The position numbers and the translations under genes are program-made. From assembly GCA_964016885.1 (NCBI GenBank), contig OZ024748.1, positions 22,940,001-23,004,000 on the forward strand: DNA of 64,000 nucleotides, read 5' to 3'. A model generated the notes under the pieces. It searched no databases and had not been told where the DNA came from. It saw only the letters and a program-made list of their open reading frames with translations. This stretch comes from Eledone cirrhosa. Its lineage: Eukaryota. This document shows, in pieces, positions 9,901 to 24,900 of the stretch (position 1 is the stretch's first letter; every line of letters begins with the position of its first letter).

Positions 9901-12900
9901 ACTGTTGTTACTGTTGTTACTGTTGTTACTGTTGTTACTGTTGTTACTGTTGTTACTGTTGTTACTGTTGTTACTGTTGTTATTGTTGTTACTGTTGTTA
10001 CTGTTGTTACTGTTGTTATTGTTGTTACTGTTGTTATTGCTGTTGTTGTTGTTATTGTTGTTATTGTGGTTACTGTTGTTATTGTTGTTATTGTTGTTAC
10101 TGTTGTTATTGTTGTTATTGTTGTTACTGTTGTTATTTTTGTTATTGTTGTTATTGTTGTTACTGTTGTTATTGTTATTACTGTTGTTACTATTGTTACT
10201 GTTGTTATTGTTGTTACTGTTGTTATTGTTGTTACTGTTGTTACTGTTGTTATTGCTGTTGTTGTTGTTATTGTTGTTATTGTTGTTACTGTTGTTACTG
10301 TTGTTATTGTTGTTATTGTTGTTACTGTTGTTATTTTTGTTATTGTTGTTATTGTTGTTACTGTTGTTATTGTTATTACTGTTGTTACTATTGTTACTGT
10401 TGTTATTGTTGTTACTGTTGTTATTGTTGTTATTGTTGTTACTGTTGTTATTGTTGTTACTGTTGTTACTCTTGTTACTGTTGTTATTGTTGTTACTGCT
10501 GTTACTGTTGTTACTGTTGTTATTGTTATTACTGTTGTTACTATTGTTACTGTTGTTATTGTTGTTACTGTTGTTATTGTTGTTACTGTTGTTATTGTTG
10601 TTACTGTTGTTACTGTTGTTACTGTTGTTATTGTTATTACTGTTGTTACTATTGTTACTGTTGTTATTGTTGTTACTGTTGTTATTGTTGTTACTGTTGT
10701 TATTGTTGTTACTGTTGTTACTGTTGTTATTGTTGTTATTGTTATTACTGTTGTTACTATTGTTACTGTTGTTATTATTGTTACTGTTGTTACTGTTGTT
10801 ACTGTTGTTACTGTTGTTATTGTTGTTATTGTTGTTATGTTGTTATTGTTGTTACTGTTGTTACTGTTGTTACTGTTGTTGTTGTTGTTATTGTTGTTAT
10901 TGTTGTTGTTGTTGTTATTATTGTTGCTGTTGTTACTGTTGTTACTGTTGTTATTGTTGTTACTGTTGTTACTGTTGTTACTGTTGTTATTATTGTTACT
11001 GTTGTTACTGTTGTTACTGTTGTTACTGTTGTTATTGTTGTTACTGTTGTTACTGTTGTTACTGTTGTTGTTGTTGTTATTGTTGTTATTGTTGTTGCTG
11101 TTGTTATTATTGTTACTGTTGTTACTGTTGTTACTGTTGTTACTGTTGTTATTGTTGTTACTGTTGTTATTGTTGTTATTGTTGTTATTGTTGTTATTGT
11201 TGTTACTGTTGTTATTGTTGTTACTGTTGTTACTGTTGTTATTGTTGTTACTGTTGTTGTTGTTGTTATTATTGTTACTGTTGTTACTGTTGTTACTGTT
11301 GTTACTGCTGTTACTGTTGTTACTGTTGTTGTTGTTGTTGTTATTGTTGTTACTGTTGTTACTGTTGTTACTGTTGTTACTGTTGTTATTGTTGTTATTG
11401 TTGTTATTGTTGTTATTGTTGTTACTGTTGTTATTGTTGTTACTATTGTTACTGTTGTTACTGTTGTTACTCTTGTTATTGTTGTTATTGTTGTTACTGT
11501 TGTTATTGTTGTTACTGTTGTTACTGTTGTTACTGTTGTTACTCTTGTTATTGTTGTTATTGTTGTTACTGTTGTTATTGTTGTTACTGTTGTTACTGTT
11601 GTTACTGTTGTTACTCTTGTTACTGTTGTTACTGTTGTTACTCTTGTTACTGTTGTTATTATTGTTACTGTTGTTACTGTTGTTACTCTTGTTACTGTTG
11701 TTACTGTTGTTACTGTTGTTACTGTTGTTATTATTGTTACTGTTGTTACTGTTGTTACTGTTGTTATTGTTGTTATTGTTGTTACTGTTGTTACTGTTGT
11801 TATTGTTGTTATTGTTGTTGTTGTTGTTATTATTGTTACTGTTGTTACTGTTGTTACTGTTGTTACTGTTGTTATTGTTGTTACTGTTGTTATTGTTGTT
11901 ATTGTTGTTATTGTTTTTATTGTTGTTACTGTTGTTACTTTTGTTACTATTGTTACTGTTGTTATTGTTGTTACTGTTGTTATTGTTGTTATTGTTGTTA
12001 TTGTTGTTATTGTTGTTACTGTTGTTATTGTTGTTATTGTTGTTATTGTTGTTATTGTTGTTACTGTTGTTATTGTTATTACTGTTGTTACTATTGTTAC
12101 TGTTGTTATTGTTGTTACTGTTGTTACTGTTGTTACTGTTGTTACTATTGTTACTGTTGTTACTGTTGTTATTGTTGTTACAGTTGTTACTGTTGTTATT
12201 GTTGTTATTGTTGTTATTGTTGTTACTGTTGTTACTGTTGTTATTGTTGTTATTGTTGTTATTGTTGTTACTATTGTTACTGTTGTTATTGTTGTTACTG
12301 TTGTTATTGTTGTTATTGTTGTTATTGTTGTTATTGTTGTTACTGTTGTTATTGTTGTTATTGTTGTTATTGTTGATACTGTTGTTATTGTTATTACTGT
12401 TGTTACTATTGTTACTGTTGTTATTGTTGTTACTGTTGTTATTGTTGTTATTGTTGTTACTGTTGTTATTGTTGTTACTGTTGTTACTGTTGTTACTGTT
12501 GTTACTGTTGTTATTGTTGTTACTGTTGTTACTGTTGTTATTGTTGTTATTGTTGTTATTGTTGTTACTGTTGTTATTGTTATTACTGTTGTTACTATTG
12601 TTACTGTTGTTATTGTTGTTACTGTTGTTACTGTTGTTACTGTTGTTACTGTTGTTACTATTGTTACTGTTGTTACTGTTGTTACTGTTGTTACTGTTGT
12701 TACTATTGTTACTGTTGTTACTGTTGTTATTGTTGTTACTGTTGTTACTGTTGTTACTGTTGTTACTGTTGTTATTGTTGTTACTGTTGTTACTGTTGTT
12801 ACTGTTGTTACTTTTGTTATTGTTGTTACTGTTGTTACTGTTGTTACTGTTGTTATTGTTGTTACTGTTGTTACTGTTGTTATTGTTGTTACTGTTGTTA

Positions 12901-15900
12901 ATGTTGTTATTGTTGTTATTGTTGTTACTGTTGTTATTGTTGTTATTGTTGTTACTGTTGTTAATATTGTTACTGTTGTTACTGTTGTTATTGTGGTTAC
13001 TGTTGTTATTGTTGTTACTGTTGTTACTGTTGTTACTGTTGTTATTGTTGTTATTGTTGTTACTGTTGTTATTGTTGTTTATTGTTGTTATTGTTGTTAC
13101 TGTTGTTATTGTTATTACTGTTGTTACTATTGTTACTGTTGTTATTGTTGTTACTGTTGTTACTGTTGTTACTGTTGTTATTGTTGTTACTGTTGTTACT
13201 GTTGTTACTGTTGTTACTATTGTTACTGTTGTTACTGTTGTTATTGTTGTTACAGTTGTTACTGTTGTTATTGTTGTTATTGTTGTTACTGTTGTTACTG
13301 TTGTTACTGTTGTTATTGTTGTTACTGTTGTTATTGCTGTTGTTGTTGTTATTGTTGTTATTGTTGTTACTGTTGTTATTGTTGTTATTGTTGTTACTGT
13401 TGTTATTGTTGTTATTGTTGTTACTGTTCTTATTTTTGTTATTGTTGTTACTGTTGTTATTGTTGTTTATTGTTGTTATTGTTGTTACTGTTGTTATTGT
13501 TATTACTGTTGTTACTATTGTTACTGTTGTTATTGTTGTTACTGTTGTTACTGTTGTTACTGTTGTTATTGTTGTTACTGTTGTTACTGTTGTTACTGTT
13601 GTTACTATTGTTACTGTTGTTACTGTTGTTATTGTTGTTACAGTTGTTACTGTTGTTATTGTTGTTATTGTTGTTACTGTTGTTACTGTTGTTACTGTTG
13701 TTATTGTTGTTACTGTTGTTATTGCTGTTGTTGTTGTTATTGTTGTTATTGTTGTTACTGTTGTTATTGTTGTTACTGTTGTTAATGTTGTTATTGTTGT
13801 TATTGTTGTTACTGTTGTTATTGTTGTTATTGTTGTTACTGTTGTTAATATTGTTACTGTTGTTACTGTTGTTATTGTGGTTACTGTTGTTATTGTTGTT
13901 ACTGTTGTTACTGTTGTTACTGTTGTTATTGTTGTTATTGTTGTTACTGTTGTTATTGTTGTTTATTGTTGTTATTGTTGTTACTGTTGTTATTGTTGTT
14001 ATTGTTGTTACTGTTGTTACTGTTGTTACTGTTGTTACTGTTGTTACTGTTGTTACTGTTGTTATTGTTGTTACTGTTGTTACTATTGTTACTGTTGTTA
14101 TTGTTGTTACTGTTGTTACTGTTGTTATTGTTGTTATTGTTGTTATTGTTGTTACTATTGTTACTGTTGTTATTGTTGTTACTGTTGTTATTGTTGTTAT
14201 TGTTGTTATTGTTGTTATTGTTGTTACTGTTGTTATTGTTGTTATTGTTGTTATTGTTGTTACTGTTGTTACTGTTGTTATTGTTATTACTGTTGTTACT
14301 ATTGTTACTGTTGTTATTGTTGTTACTGTTGTTACTGTTGTTACTGTTGTTACTATTGTTACTGTTGTTACTGTTGTTATTGTTGTTACTGTTGTTACTG
14401 TTGTTACTGTTGTTACTGTTGTTATTGTTGTTACTGTTGTTACTGTTGTTATTGTTGTTATTGTTGTTATTGTTGTTACTGTTGTTATTGTTATTACTGT
14501 TGTTACTATTGTTACTGTTGTTATTGTTGTTACTGTTGTTACTGTTGTTACTGTTGCTACTGTTGTTACTATTGTTACTGTTGTTACTGTTGTTACTGTT
14601 GTTACTGTTGTTACTGTTGTTACTATTGTTACTGTTGTTACTGTTGTTATTGTTGTTACTGTTGTTACTGTTGTTACTGTTGTTACTGTTGTTATTGTTG
14701 TTACTGTTGTTACTGTTGTTACTGTTGTTACTGTTGTTATTGTTGTTACTGTTGTTACTGTTGTTACTGTTGTTATTGTTGTTACTGTTGTTACTGTTGT
14801 TATTGTTGTTACTGTTGTTAATGTTGTTATTGTTGTTATTGTTGTTACTGTTGTTACTGTTGTTAATATTGTTACTGTTGTTACTGTTGTTATTGTGGTT
14901 ACTGTTGTTATTGTTGTTACTGTTGTTACTGTTGTTACTGTTGTTATTGTTGTTATTGTTGTTACTGTTGTTATTGTTGTTATTGTTGTTATTGTTGTTA
15001 CTGTTGTTATTGTTATTACTGTTGTTACTATTGTTACTGTTGTTATTGTTGTTACTGTTGTTACTGTTGTTACTGTTGTTATTGTTGTTACTGTTGTTAC
15101 TGTTGTTATTGTTGTTATTGTTGTTATTGTTGTTACTGTTGTTACTGTTGTTACTGTTGTTATTGTTGTTATTGTTGTTACTGTTGTTATTGTTGTTACT
15201 GTTGTTACTGTTGTTACTGTTGTTACTGTTGTTACTGTTGTTACTGTTGTTACTGTTGTTACTGTTGTTATTGTTGTTATTGTTGTTACTGTTGTTACTG
15301 TTGTTATTGTTGTTACTGTTGTTATTGCTGTTGTTGTTGTTATTGTTGTTATTGTTGTTACTGTTGTTATTGTTGTTACTGTTGTTACTGTTGTTACTGT
15401 TGTTACTGTTGTTACTGTTGTTACTGTTGTTACTGTTGTTATTGTTGTTACTGTTGTTACTGTTGTTACTGTTGTTATTGTTGTTACTGTTGTTATTGCT
15501 GTTGTTGTTGTTATTGTTGTTATTGTTGTTACTGTTGTTATTGTTGTTATTGTTGTTACTGTTGTTATTGTTGTTATTGTTGTTACTGTTCTTATTTTTG
15601 TTATTGTTGTTATTGTTGTTACTGTTGTTATTGTTGTTACTGTTGTTACTATTGTTACTGTTGTTATTGTTGTTACTGTTGTTATTGTTGTTACTGTTGT
15701 TACTGTTGTTATTGCTGTTGTTGTTGTTATTGTTGTTACTGTTGTTACTGTTGTTATTGTTGTTATTGTTGTTACTGTTGTTATTTTTGTTATTGTTGTT
15801 ATTGTTGTTACTGTTGTTATTGTTATTACTGTTGTTACTATTGTTACTGTTGTTATTGTTGTTACTGTTGTTATTGTTGTTATTGTTGTTACTGTTGTTA

Positions 15901-18900
15901 TTGTTGTTACTGTTGTTACTCTTGTTACTGTTGTTATTGTTGTTACTGTTGTTACTGTTATTACTGTTGTTATTGTTATTACTGTTGTTACTATTGTTAC
16001 TGTTGTTATTGTTGTTACTGTTGTTATTGTTGTTACTGTTGTTATTGTTGTTACTGTTGTTACTGTTGTTACTGTTGTTATTGTTATTACTGTTGTTACT
16101 ATTGTTACTGTTGTTATTGTTGTTACTGTTGTTATTGTTGTTACTGTTGTTATTGTTGTTACTGTTGTTACTGTTGTTATTGTTGTTATTGTTATTACTG
16201 TTGTTACTATTGTTACTGTTGTTATTGTTGTTACTGTTGTTATTGTTGTTACTGTTGTTATTGTTGTTACTGTTGTTACTGTTGTTATTGTTGTTACTGT
16301 TTTTATTGTTGTTACTGTTGTTACTGTTGTTATTGTTGTTATTGTTATTACTGTTGTTACTATTGTTACTGTTGTTATTGTTGTTACTGTTGTTATTGTT
16401 GTTACTGTTGTTATTGTTGTTACTGTTGTTACTGTTGTTATTGTTGTTACTGTTGTTATTGTTGTTACTGTTGTTATTGTTGTTACTGTTGTTACTGTTG
16501 TTATTGTTGTTACTGTTGTTATTGTTGTTATTGTTGTTACTGTTGTTATTGTTGTTATTGTTGTTACTGTTGTTACTGTTGTTACTGTTGTTACTGTTGT
16601 TATTGTTGTTACTGTTGTTACTGTTGTTATTGTTGTTATTGTTGTTACTGTTGTTATTTTTGTTATTATTGTTATTGTTGTTACTGTTGTTACTGTTGTT
16701 ACTGTTGTTATTGTTGTTATTGTTGTTATTGTTGTTACTGTTGTTACTGTTGTTACTGTTGTTATTGTTGTTATTGTTGTTACTGTTGTTATTTTTGTTA
16801 TTATTGTTATTGTTGTTACTGTTGTTACTGTTGTTACTGTTGTTATTGTTGTTATTGTTGTTATTGTTGTTACTGTTGTTACTGTTGTTACTGTTGTTAC
16901 TGTTGTTATTGTTGTTACTGTTGTTATTGTTGTTATTGTTATTACTGTTGTTACTGTTGTTATTGTTGTTACTGTTGTTATTTTTGTTATTGTTGTTACT
17001 GTTGTTACTGTTGTTATTGTCGTTACTGTTGTTACTGTTGTTACTGTTGTTATTGTTGTTACTGTTGTTATTGTCGTTACTGTTGTTACTGTTGTTACTG
17101 TTATTACTGTTGTTACTGTTGTTACTGTTGTTACTGTTGTTACTGTTGTTATTGTTGTTATTGTTGTTATTGTTGTTACTGTTGTTACTGTTGTTACTGT
17201 TGTTACTGTTGTTATTGTTGTTATTGTTGTTACTGTTGTTACTCTTGTTATTGTTGTTATTGTTGTTATTGTTGTTACTGTTGTTACTGTTGTTACTGTT
17301 GTTATTATTGTTACTGTTGTTACTGTTGTTACTGTTGTTACTGTTGTTGTTGTTGTTATTGTTGTTATTGTTGTTGTTGTTGTTATTATTGTTACTGTTG
17401 TTACTGTTGTTACTGTTGTTACTGTTGTTATTGTTGTTACTGTTGTTATTGTTGTTATTGTTGTTATTGTTGTTATTGTTGTTACTGTTGTTATTGTTGT
17501 TACTGTTGTTACTGTTGTTATTGTTGTTACTGTTGTTGTTGTTGTTATTATTGTTACTGTTGTTACTGTTGTTACTGTTGTTACTGCTGTTACTGTTGTT
17601 ACTGTTGTTGTTGTTGTTGTTATTGTTGTTACTGTTGTTACTGTTGTTACTGTTGTTACTGTTGTTATTGTTGTTATTGTTGTTATTGTTGTTATTGTTG
17701 TTACTGTTGTTATTGTTGTTACTATTGTTACTGTTGTTACTGTTGTTACTCTTGTTATTGTTGTTATTGTTGTTACTGTTGTTATTGTTGTTACTGTTGT
17801 TACTGTTGTTACTGTTGTTACTCTTGTTATTGTTGTTATTGTTGTTACTGTTGTTATTGTTGTTACTGTTGTTACTGTTGTTACTGTTGTTACTCTTGTT
17901 ACTGTTGTTACTGTTGTTACTCTTGTTACTGTTGTTATTATTGTTACTGTTGTTACTGTTGTTACTCTTGTTACTGTTGTTACTGTTGTTACTGTTGTTA
18001 CTGTTGTTATTATTGTTACTGTTGTTACTGTTGTTACTGTTGTTATTGTTGTTATTGTTGTTACTGTTGTTACTGTTGTTATTGTTGTTATTGTTGTTGT
18101 TGTTGTTATTATTGTTACTGTTGTTACTGTTGTTACTGTTGTTACTGTTGTTATTGTTGTTACTGTTGTTATTGTTGTTATTGTTGTTATTGTTTTTATT
18201 GTTGTTACTGTTGTTACTTTTGTTACTATTGTTACTGTTGTTATTGTTGTTACTGTTGTTATTGTTGTTATTGTTGTTATTGTTGTTATTGTTGTTACTG
18301 TTGTTATTGTTGTTATTGTTGTTATTGTTGTTATTGTTGTTACTGTTGTTATTGTTATTACTGTTGTTACTATTGTTACTGTTGTTATTGTTGTTACTGT
18401 TGTTACTGTTGTTACTGTTGTTACTATTGTTACTGTTGTTACTGTTGTTATTGTTGTTACAGTTGTTACTGTTGTTATTGTTGTTATTGTTGTTATTGTT
18501 GTTACTGTTGTTACTGTTGTTATTGTTGTTATTGTTGTTATTGTTGTTACTATTGTTACTGTTGTTATTGTTGTTACTGTTGTTATTGTTGTTATTGTTG
18601 TTATTGTTGTTATTGTTGTTACTGTTGTTATTGTTGTTATTGTTGTTATTGTTGTTATTGTTGATACTGTTGTTATTGTTATTACTGTTGTTACTATTGT
18701 TACTGTTGTTATTGTTGTTACTGTTGTTATTGTTGTTATTGTTGTTACTGTTGTTATTGTTGTTACTGTTGTTACTGTTGTTACTGTTGTTACTGTTGTT
18801 ATTGTTGTTACTGTTGTTACTGTTGTTATTGTTGTTATTGTTGTTATTGTTGTTACTGTTGTTATTGTTATTACTGTTGTTACTATTGTTACTGTTGTTA

Positions 18901-21900
18901 TTGTTGTTACTGTTGTTACTGTTGTTACTGTTGTTACTGTTGTTACTATTGTTACTGTTGTTACTGTTGTTACTGTTGTTACTGTTGTTACTGTTGTTAC
19001 TATTGTTACTGTTGTTACTGTTGTTATTGTTGTTACTGTTGTTACTGTTGTTACTGTTGTTACTGTTGTTATTGTTGTTACTGTTGTTACTGTTGTTACT
19101 GTTGTTACTTTTGTTATTGTTGTTACTGTTGTTACTGTTGTTACTGTTGTTATTGTTGTTACTGTTGTTACTGTTGTTATTGTTGTTACTGTTGTTAATG
19201 TTGTTATTGTTGTTATTGTTGTTACTGTTGTTATTGTTGTTATTGTTGTTACTGTTGTTAATATTGTTACTGTTGTTACTGTTGTTATTGTGGTTACTGT
19301 TGTTATTGTTGTTACTGTTGTTACTGTTGTTACTGTTGTTATTGTTGTTATTGTTGTTACTGTTGTTATTGTTGTTTATTGTTGTTATTGTTGTTACTGT
19401 TGTTATTGTTATTACTGTTGTTACTATTGTTACTGTTGTTATTGTTGTTACTGTTGTTACTGTTGTTACTGTTGTTATTGTTGTTACTGTTGTTACTGTT
19501 GTTACTGTTGTTACTATTGTTACTGTTGTTACTGTTGTTATTGTTGTTACAGTTGTTACTGTTGTTATTGTTGTTATTGTTGTTACTGTTGTTACTGTTG
19601 TTACTGTTGTTATTGTTGTTACTGTTGTTATTGCTGTTGTTGTTGTTATTGTTGTTATTGTTGTTACTGTTGTTATTGTTGTTATTGTTGTTACTGTTGT
19701 TATTGTTGTTATTGTTGTTACTGTTCTTATTTTTGTTATTGTTGTTACTGTTGTTATTGTTGTTTATTGTTGTTATTGTTGTTACTGTTGTTATTGTTAT
19801 TACTGTTGTTACTATTGTTACTGTTGTTATTGTTGTTACTGTTGTTACTGTTGTTACTGTTGTTATTGTTGTTACTGTTGTTACTGTTGTTACTGTTGTT
19901 ACTATTGTTACTGTTGTTACTGTTGTTATTGTTGTTACAGTTGTTACTGTTGTTATTGTTGTTATTGTTGTTACTGTTGTTACTGTTGTTACTGTTGTTA
20001 TTGTTGTTACTGTTGTTATTGCTGTTGTTGTTGTTATTGTTGTTATTGTTGTTACTGTTGTTATTGTTGTTACTGTTGTTAATGTTGTTATTGTTGTTAT
20101 TGTTGTTACTGTTGTTATTGTTGTTATTGTTGTTACTGTTGTTAATATTGTTACTGTTGTTACTGTTGTTATTGTGGTTACTGTTGTTATTGTTGTTACT
20201 GTTGTTACTGTTGTTACTGTTGTTATTGTTGTTATTGTTGTTACTGTTGTTATTGTTGTTTATTGTTGTTATTGTTGTTACTGTTGTTATTGTTGTTATT
20301 GTTGTTACTGTTGTTACTGTTGTTACTGTTGTTACTGTTGTTACTGTTGTTACTGTTGTTATTGTTGTTACTGTTGTTACTATTGTTACTGTTGTTATTG
20401 TTGTTACTGTTGTTACTGTTGTTATTGTTGTTATTGTTGTTATTGTTGTTACTATTGTTACTGTTGTTATTGTTGTTACTGTTGTTATTGTTGTTATTGT
20501 TGTTATTGTTGTTATTGTTGTTACTGTTGTTATTGTTGTTATTGTTGTTATTGTTGTTATTGTTGTTACTGTTGTTATTGTTATTACTGTTGTTACTATT
20601 GTTACTGTTGTTATTGTTGTTACTGTTGTTACTGTTGTTACTGTTGTTACTATTGTTACTGTTGTTACTGTTGTTATTGTTGTTACTGTTGTTACTGTTG
20701 TTACTGTTGTTACTGTTGTTATTGTTGTTACTGTTGTTACTGTTGTTATTGTTGTTATTGTTGTTATTGTTGTTACTGTTGTTATTGTTATTACTGTTGT
20801 TACTATTGTTACTGTTGTTATTGTTGTTACTGTTGTTACTGTTGTTACTGTTGCTACTGTTGTTACTATTGTTACTGTTGTTACTGTTGTTACTGTTGTT
20901 ACTGTTGTTACTGTTGTTACTATTGTTACTGTTGTTACTGTTGTTATTGTTGTTACTGTTGTTACTGTTGTTACTGTTGTTACTGTTGTTATTGTTGTTA
21001 CTGTTGTTACTGTTGTTACTGTTGTTACTGTTGTTATTGTTGTTACTGTTGTTACTGTTGTTACTGTTGTTATTGTTGTTACTGTTGTTACTGTTGTTAT
21101 TGTTGTTACTGTTGTTAATGTTGTTATTGTTGTTATTGTTGTTACTGTTGTTATTGTTGTTATTGTTGTTACTGTTGTTAATATTGTTACTGTTGTTACT
21201 GTTGTTATTGTGGTTACTGTTGTTATTGTTGTTACTGTTGTTACTGTTGTTACTGTTGTTATTGTTGTTATTGTTGTTACTGTTGTTATTGTTGTTATTG
21301 TTGTTATTGTTGTTACTGTTGTTATTGTTATTACTGTTGTTACTATTGTTACTGTTGTTATTGTTGTTACTGTTGTTACTGTTGTTACTGTTGTTATTGT
21401 TGTTACTGTTGTTACTGTTGTTATTGTTGTTATTGTTGTTATTGTTGTTACTGTTGTTACTGTTGTTACTGTTGTTATTGTTGTTATTGTTGTTACTGTT
21501 GTTATTGTTGTTACTGTTGTTACTGTTGTTACTGTTGTTACTGTTGTTACTGTTGTTACTGTTGTTACTGTTGTTACTGTTGTTATTGTTGTTATTGTTG
21601 TTACTGTTGTTACTGTTGTTATTGTTGTTACTGTTGTTATTGCTGTTGTTGTTGTTATTGTTGTTATTGTTGTTACTGTTATTATTGTTGTTACTGTTGT
21701 TACTGTTGTTACTGTTGTTACTGTTGTTACTGTTGTTACTGTTGTTACTGTTGTTATTGTTGTTACTGTTGTTACTGTTGTTACTGTTGTTATTGTTGTT
21801 ACTGTTGTTATTGCTGTTGTTGTTGTTATTGTTGTTATTGTTGTTACTGTTGTTATTGTTGTTATTGTTGTTACTGTTGTTATTGTTGTTATTGTTGTTA

Positions 21901-24900
21901 CTGTTCTTATTTTTGTTATTGTTGTTATTGTTGTTACTGTTGTTATTGTTGTTACTGTTGTTACTATTGTTACTGTTGTTATTGTTGTTACTGTTGTTAT
22001 TGTTGTTACTGTTGTTACTGTTGTTATTGCTGTTGTTGTTGTTATTGTTGTTATTGTTGTTACTGTTGTTACTGTTGTTATTGTTGTTATTGTTGTTACT
22101 GTTGTTATTTTTGTTATTGTTGTTATTGTTGTTACTGTTGTTATTGTTATTACTGTTGTTACTATTGTTACTGTTGTTATTGTTGTTACTGTTGTTATTG
22201 TTGTTATTGTTGTTACTGTTGTTATTGTTGTTACTGTTGTTACTCTTGTTACTGTTGTTATTGTTGTTACTGTTGTTACTGTTGTTACTGTTGTTATTGT
22301 TATTACTGTTGTTACTATTGTTACTGTTGTTATTGTTGTTACTGTTGTTATTGTTGTTACTGTTGTTATTGTTGTTACTGTTGTTACTGTTGTTACTGTT
22401 GTTATTGTTATTACTGTTGTTACTATTGTTACTGTTGTTATTGTTGTTACTGTTGTTATTGTTGTTACTGGTGTTATTGTTGTTACTGTTGTTACTGTTG
22501 TTATTGTTGTTATTGTTATTACTGTTGTTACTATTGTTACTGTTGTTATTGTTGTTACTGTTGTTATTGTTGTTACTGTTGTTATTGTTGTTACTGTTGT
22601 TACTGTTGTTATTGTTGTTACTGTTTTTATTGTTGTTACTGTTGTTACTGTTGTTATTGTTGTTATTGTTATTACTGTTGTTACTATTGTTACTGTTGTT
22701 ATTGTTGTTACTGTTGTTATTGTTGTTACTGTTGTTATTGTTGTTACTGTTGTTACTGTTGTTATTGTTGTTACTGTTGTTATTGTTGTTACTGTTGTTA
22801 TTGTTGTTACTGTTGTTACTGTTGTTATTGTTGTTACTGTTGTTATTGTTGTTATTGTTGTTACTGTTGTTATTGTTGTTATTGTTGTTACTGTTGTTAC
22901 TGTTGTTACTGTTGTTACTGTTGTTATTGTTGTTACTGTTGTTACTGTTGTTATTGTTGTTATTGTTGTTACTGTTGTTATTTTTGTTATTATTGTTATT
23001 GTTGTTACTGTTGTTACTGTTGTTACTGTTGTTATTGTTGTTATTGTTGTTATTGTTGTTACTGTTGTTACTGTTGTTACTGTTGTTATTGTTGTTATTG
23101 TTGTTACTGTTGTTATTTTTGTTATTATTGTTATTGTTGTTACTGTTGTTACTGTTGTTACTGTTGTTATTGTTGTTATTGTTGTTATTGTTGTTACTGT
23201 TGTTACTGTTGTTACTGTTGTTACTGTTGTTATTGTTGTTACTGTTGTTATTGTTGTTATTGTTATTACTGTTGTTACTGTTGTTATTGTTGTTACTGTT
23301 GTTATTTTTGTTATTGTTGTTACTGTTGTTACTGTTGTTATTGTCGTTACTGTTGTTACTGTTGTTACTGTTGTTATTGTTGTTACTGTTGTTATTGTCG
23401 TTACTGTTGTTACTGTTGTTACTGTTATTACTGTTGTTACTGTTGTTACTGTTGTTACTGTTGTTACTGTTGTTATTGTTGTTATTGTTGTTATTGTTGT
23501 TACTGTTGTTACTGTTGTTACTGTTGTTACTGTTGTTATTGTTGTTATTGTTGTTACTGTCGTTACTCTTGTTATTGTTGTTATTGTTGTTATTGTTGTT
23601 ACTGTTGTTACTGTTGTTATTGTTGTTACTGTTGTTATTGTTGTTACTGTTGTTACTGTTGTTACTGTTGTTACTGTTGTTACTGTTGTTACTCTTGTTA
23701 TTGTTGTTATTGTTGTTATTGTTGTTACTGTTGTTACTGTTGTTATTGTTGTTACTGTTGTTATTGTTGTTATTGTTGTTATTGTTGTTACTGTTGTTAC
23801 TGTTGTTATTGTTGTTACTGTTGTTATTGTTGTTACTGTTGTTACTGTTGTTACTGTTGTTACTGTTGTTACTGTTGTTACTGTTGTTATTGTTGTTATT
23901 GTTGTTACTGTTGTTATTTTTGTTATTGTTGTTATTGTTGTTACTGTTGTTATTGTTATTACTGTTGTTACTATTGTTACTGTTGTTATTGTTGTTACAG
24001 TTGTTACTGTTGTTATTGTTGTTATTGTTGTTACTGTTGTTATTGTTGTTATTGTTGTTACTGTTGTTATTGTTGTTATTGTTGTTATTGTTGTTACTGT
24101 TGTTACTGTTGTTACTGTTGTTATTGTTGTTATTGTTGTTATTGTTGTTACTGTTGTTACTGTTGTTATTGTTGTTACTGTTGTTATTGTTGTTACTGTT
24201 GTTATTGTTGTTACTGTTGTTATTGTTATTACTGTTGTTATTGTTGTTATTGTTGTTATTGTTGTTACTGTTGTTACTGTTGTTACTGTTGTTACTGTTG
24301 TTATTGTTGTTACTGTTGTTACTGTTGTTATTGTTGTTACTGTTGTTACTGTTGTTATTGTTGTTATTGTTGTTATTGTTGTTACTGTTGTTACTGTTGT
24401 TACTGTTGTTACTGTTGTTACTGTTGTTACTGTTGTTATTGTTGTTACTGTTGTTATTTTTGTTATTGTTGTTATTGTTGTTACTGTTGTTACTGTTGTT
24501 ACTGTTGTTATTGTTGTTATTGTTGTTATTGTTGTTACTGTTGTTACTGTTGTTACTGTTGTTACTGTTGTTACTGTTGTTATTGTTGTTACTGTTGTTA
24601 TTGTTGTTATTGTTATTACTGTTGTTACTGTTGTTATTGTTGTTACTGTTGTTATTTTTGTTATTGTTGTTACTGTTGTTACTGTTGTTGTCGTTACTGT
24701 TGTTACTGTTGTTACTGTTGTTATTGTTGTTACTGTTGTTATTGTTGTTATTGCTGTTACTGTTGTTACTGTTGTTACTGTTGTTACTGTTGTTATTGTT
24801 GTTATTGTTGTTATTGTTGTTACTGTTGTTACTGTTGTTACTGTTGTTACTGTTGTTATTGTTGTTATTGTTGTTACTGTTGTTACTCTTGTTATTGTTG

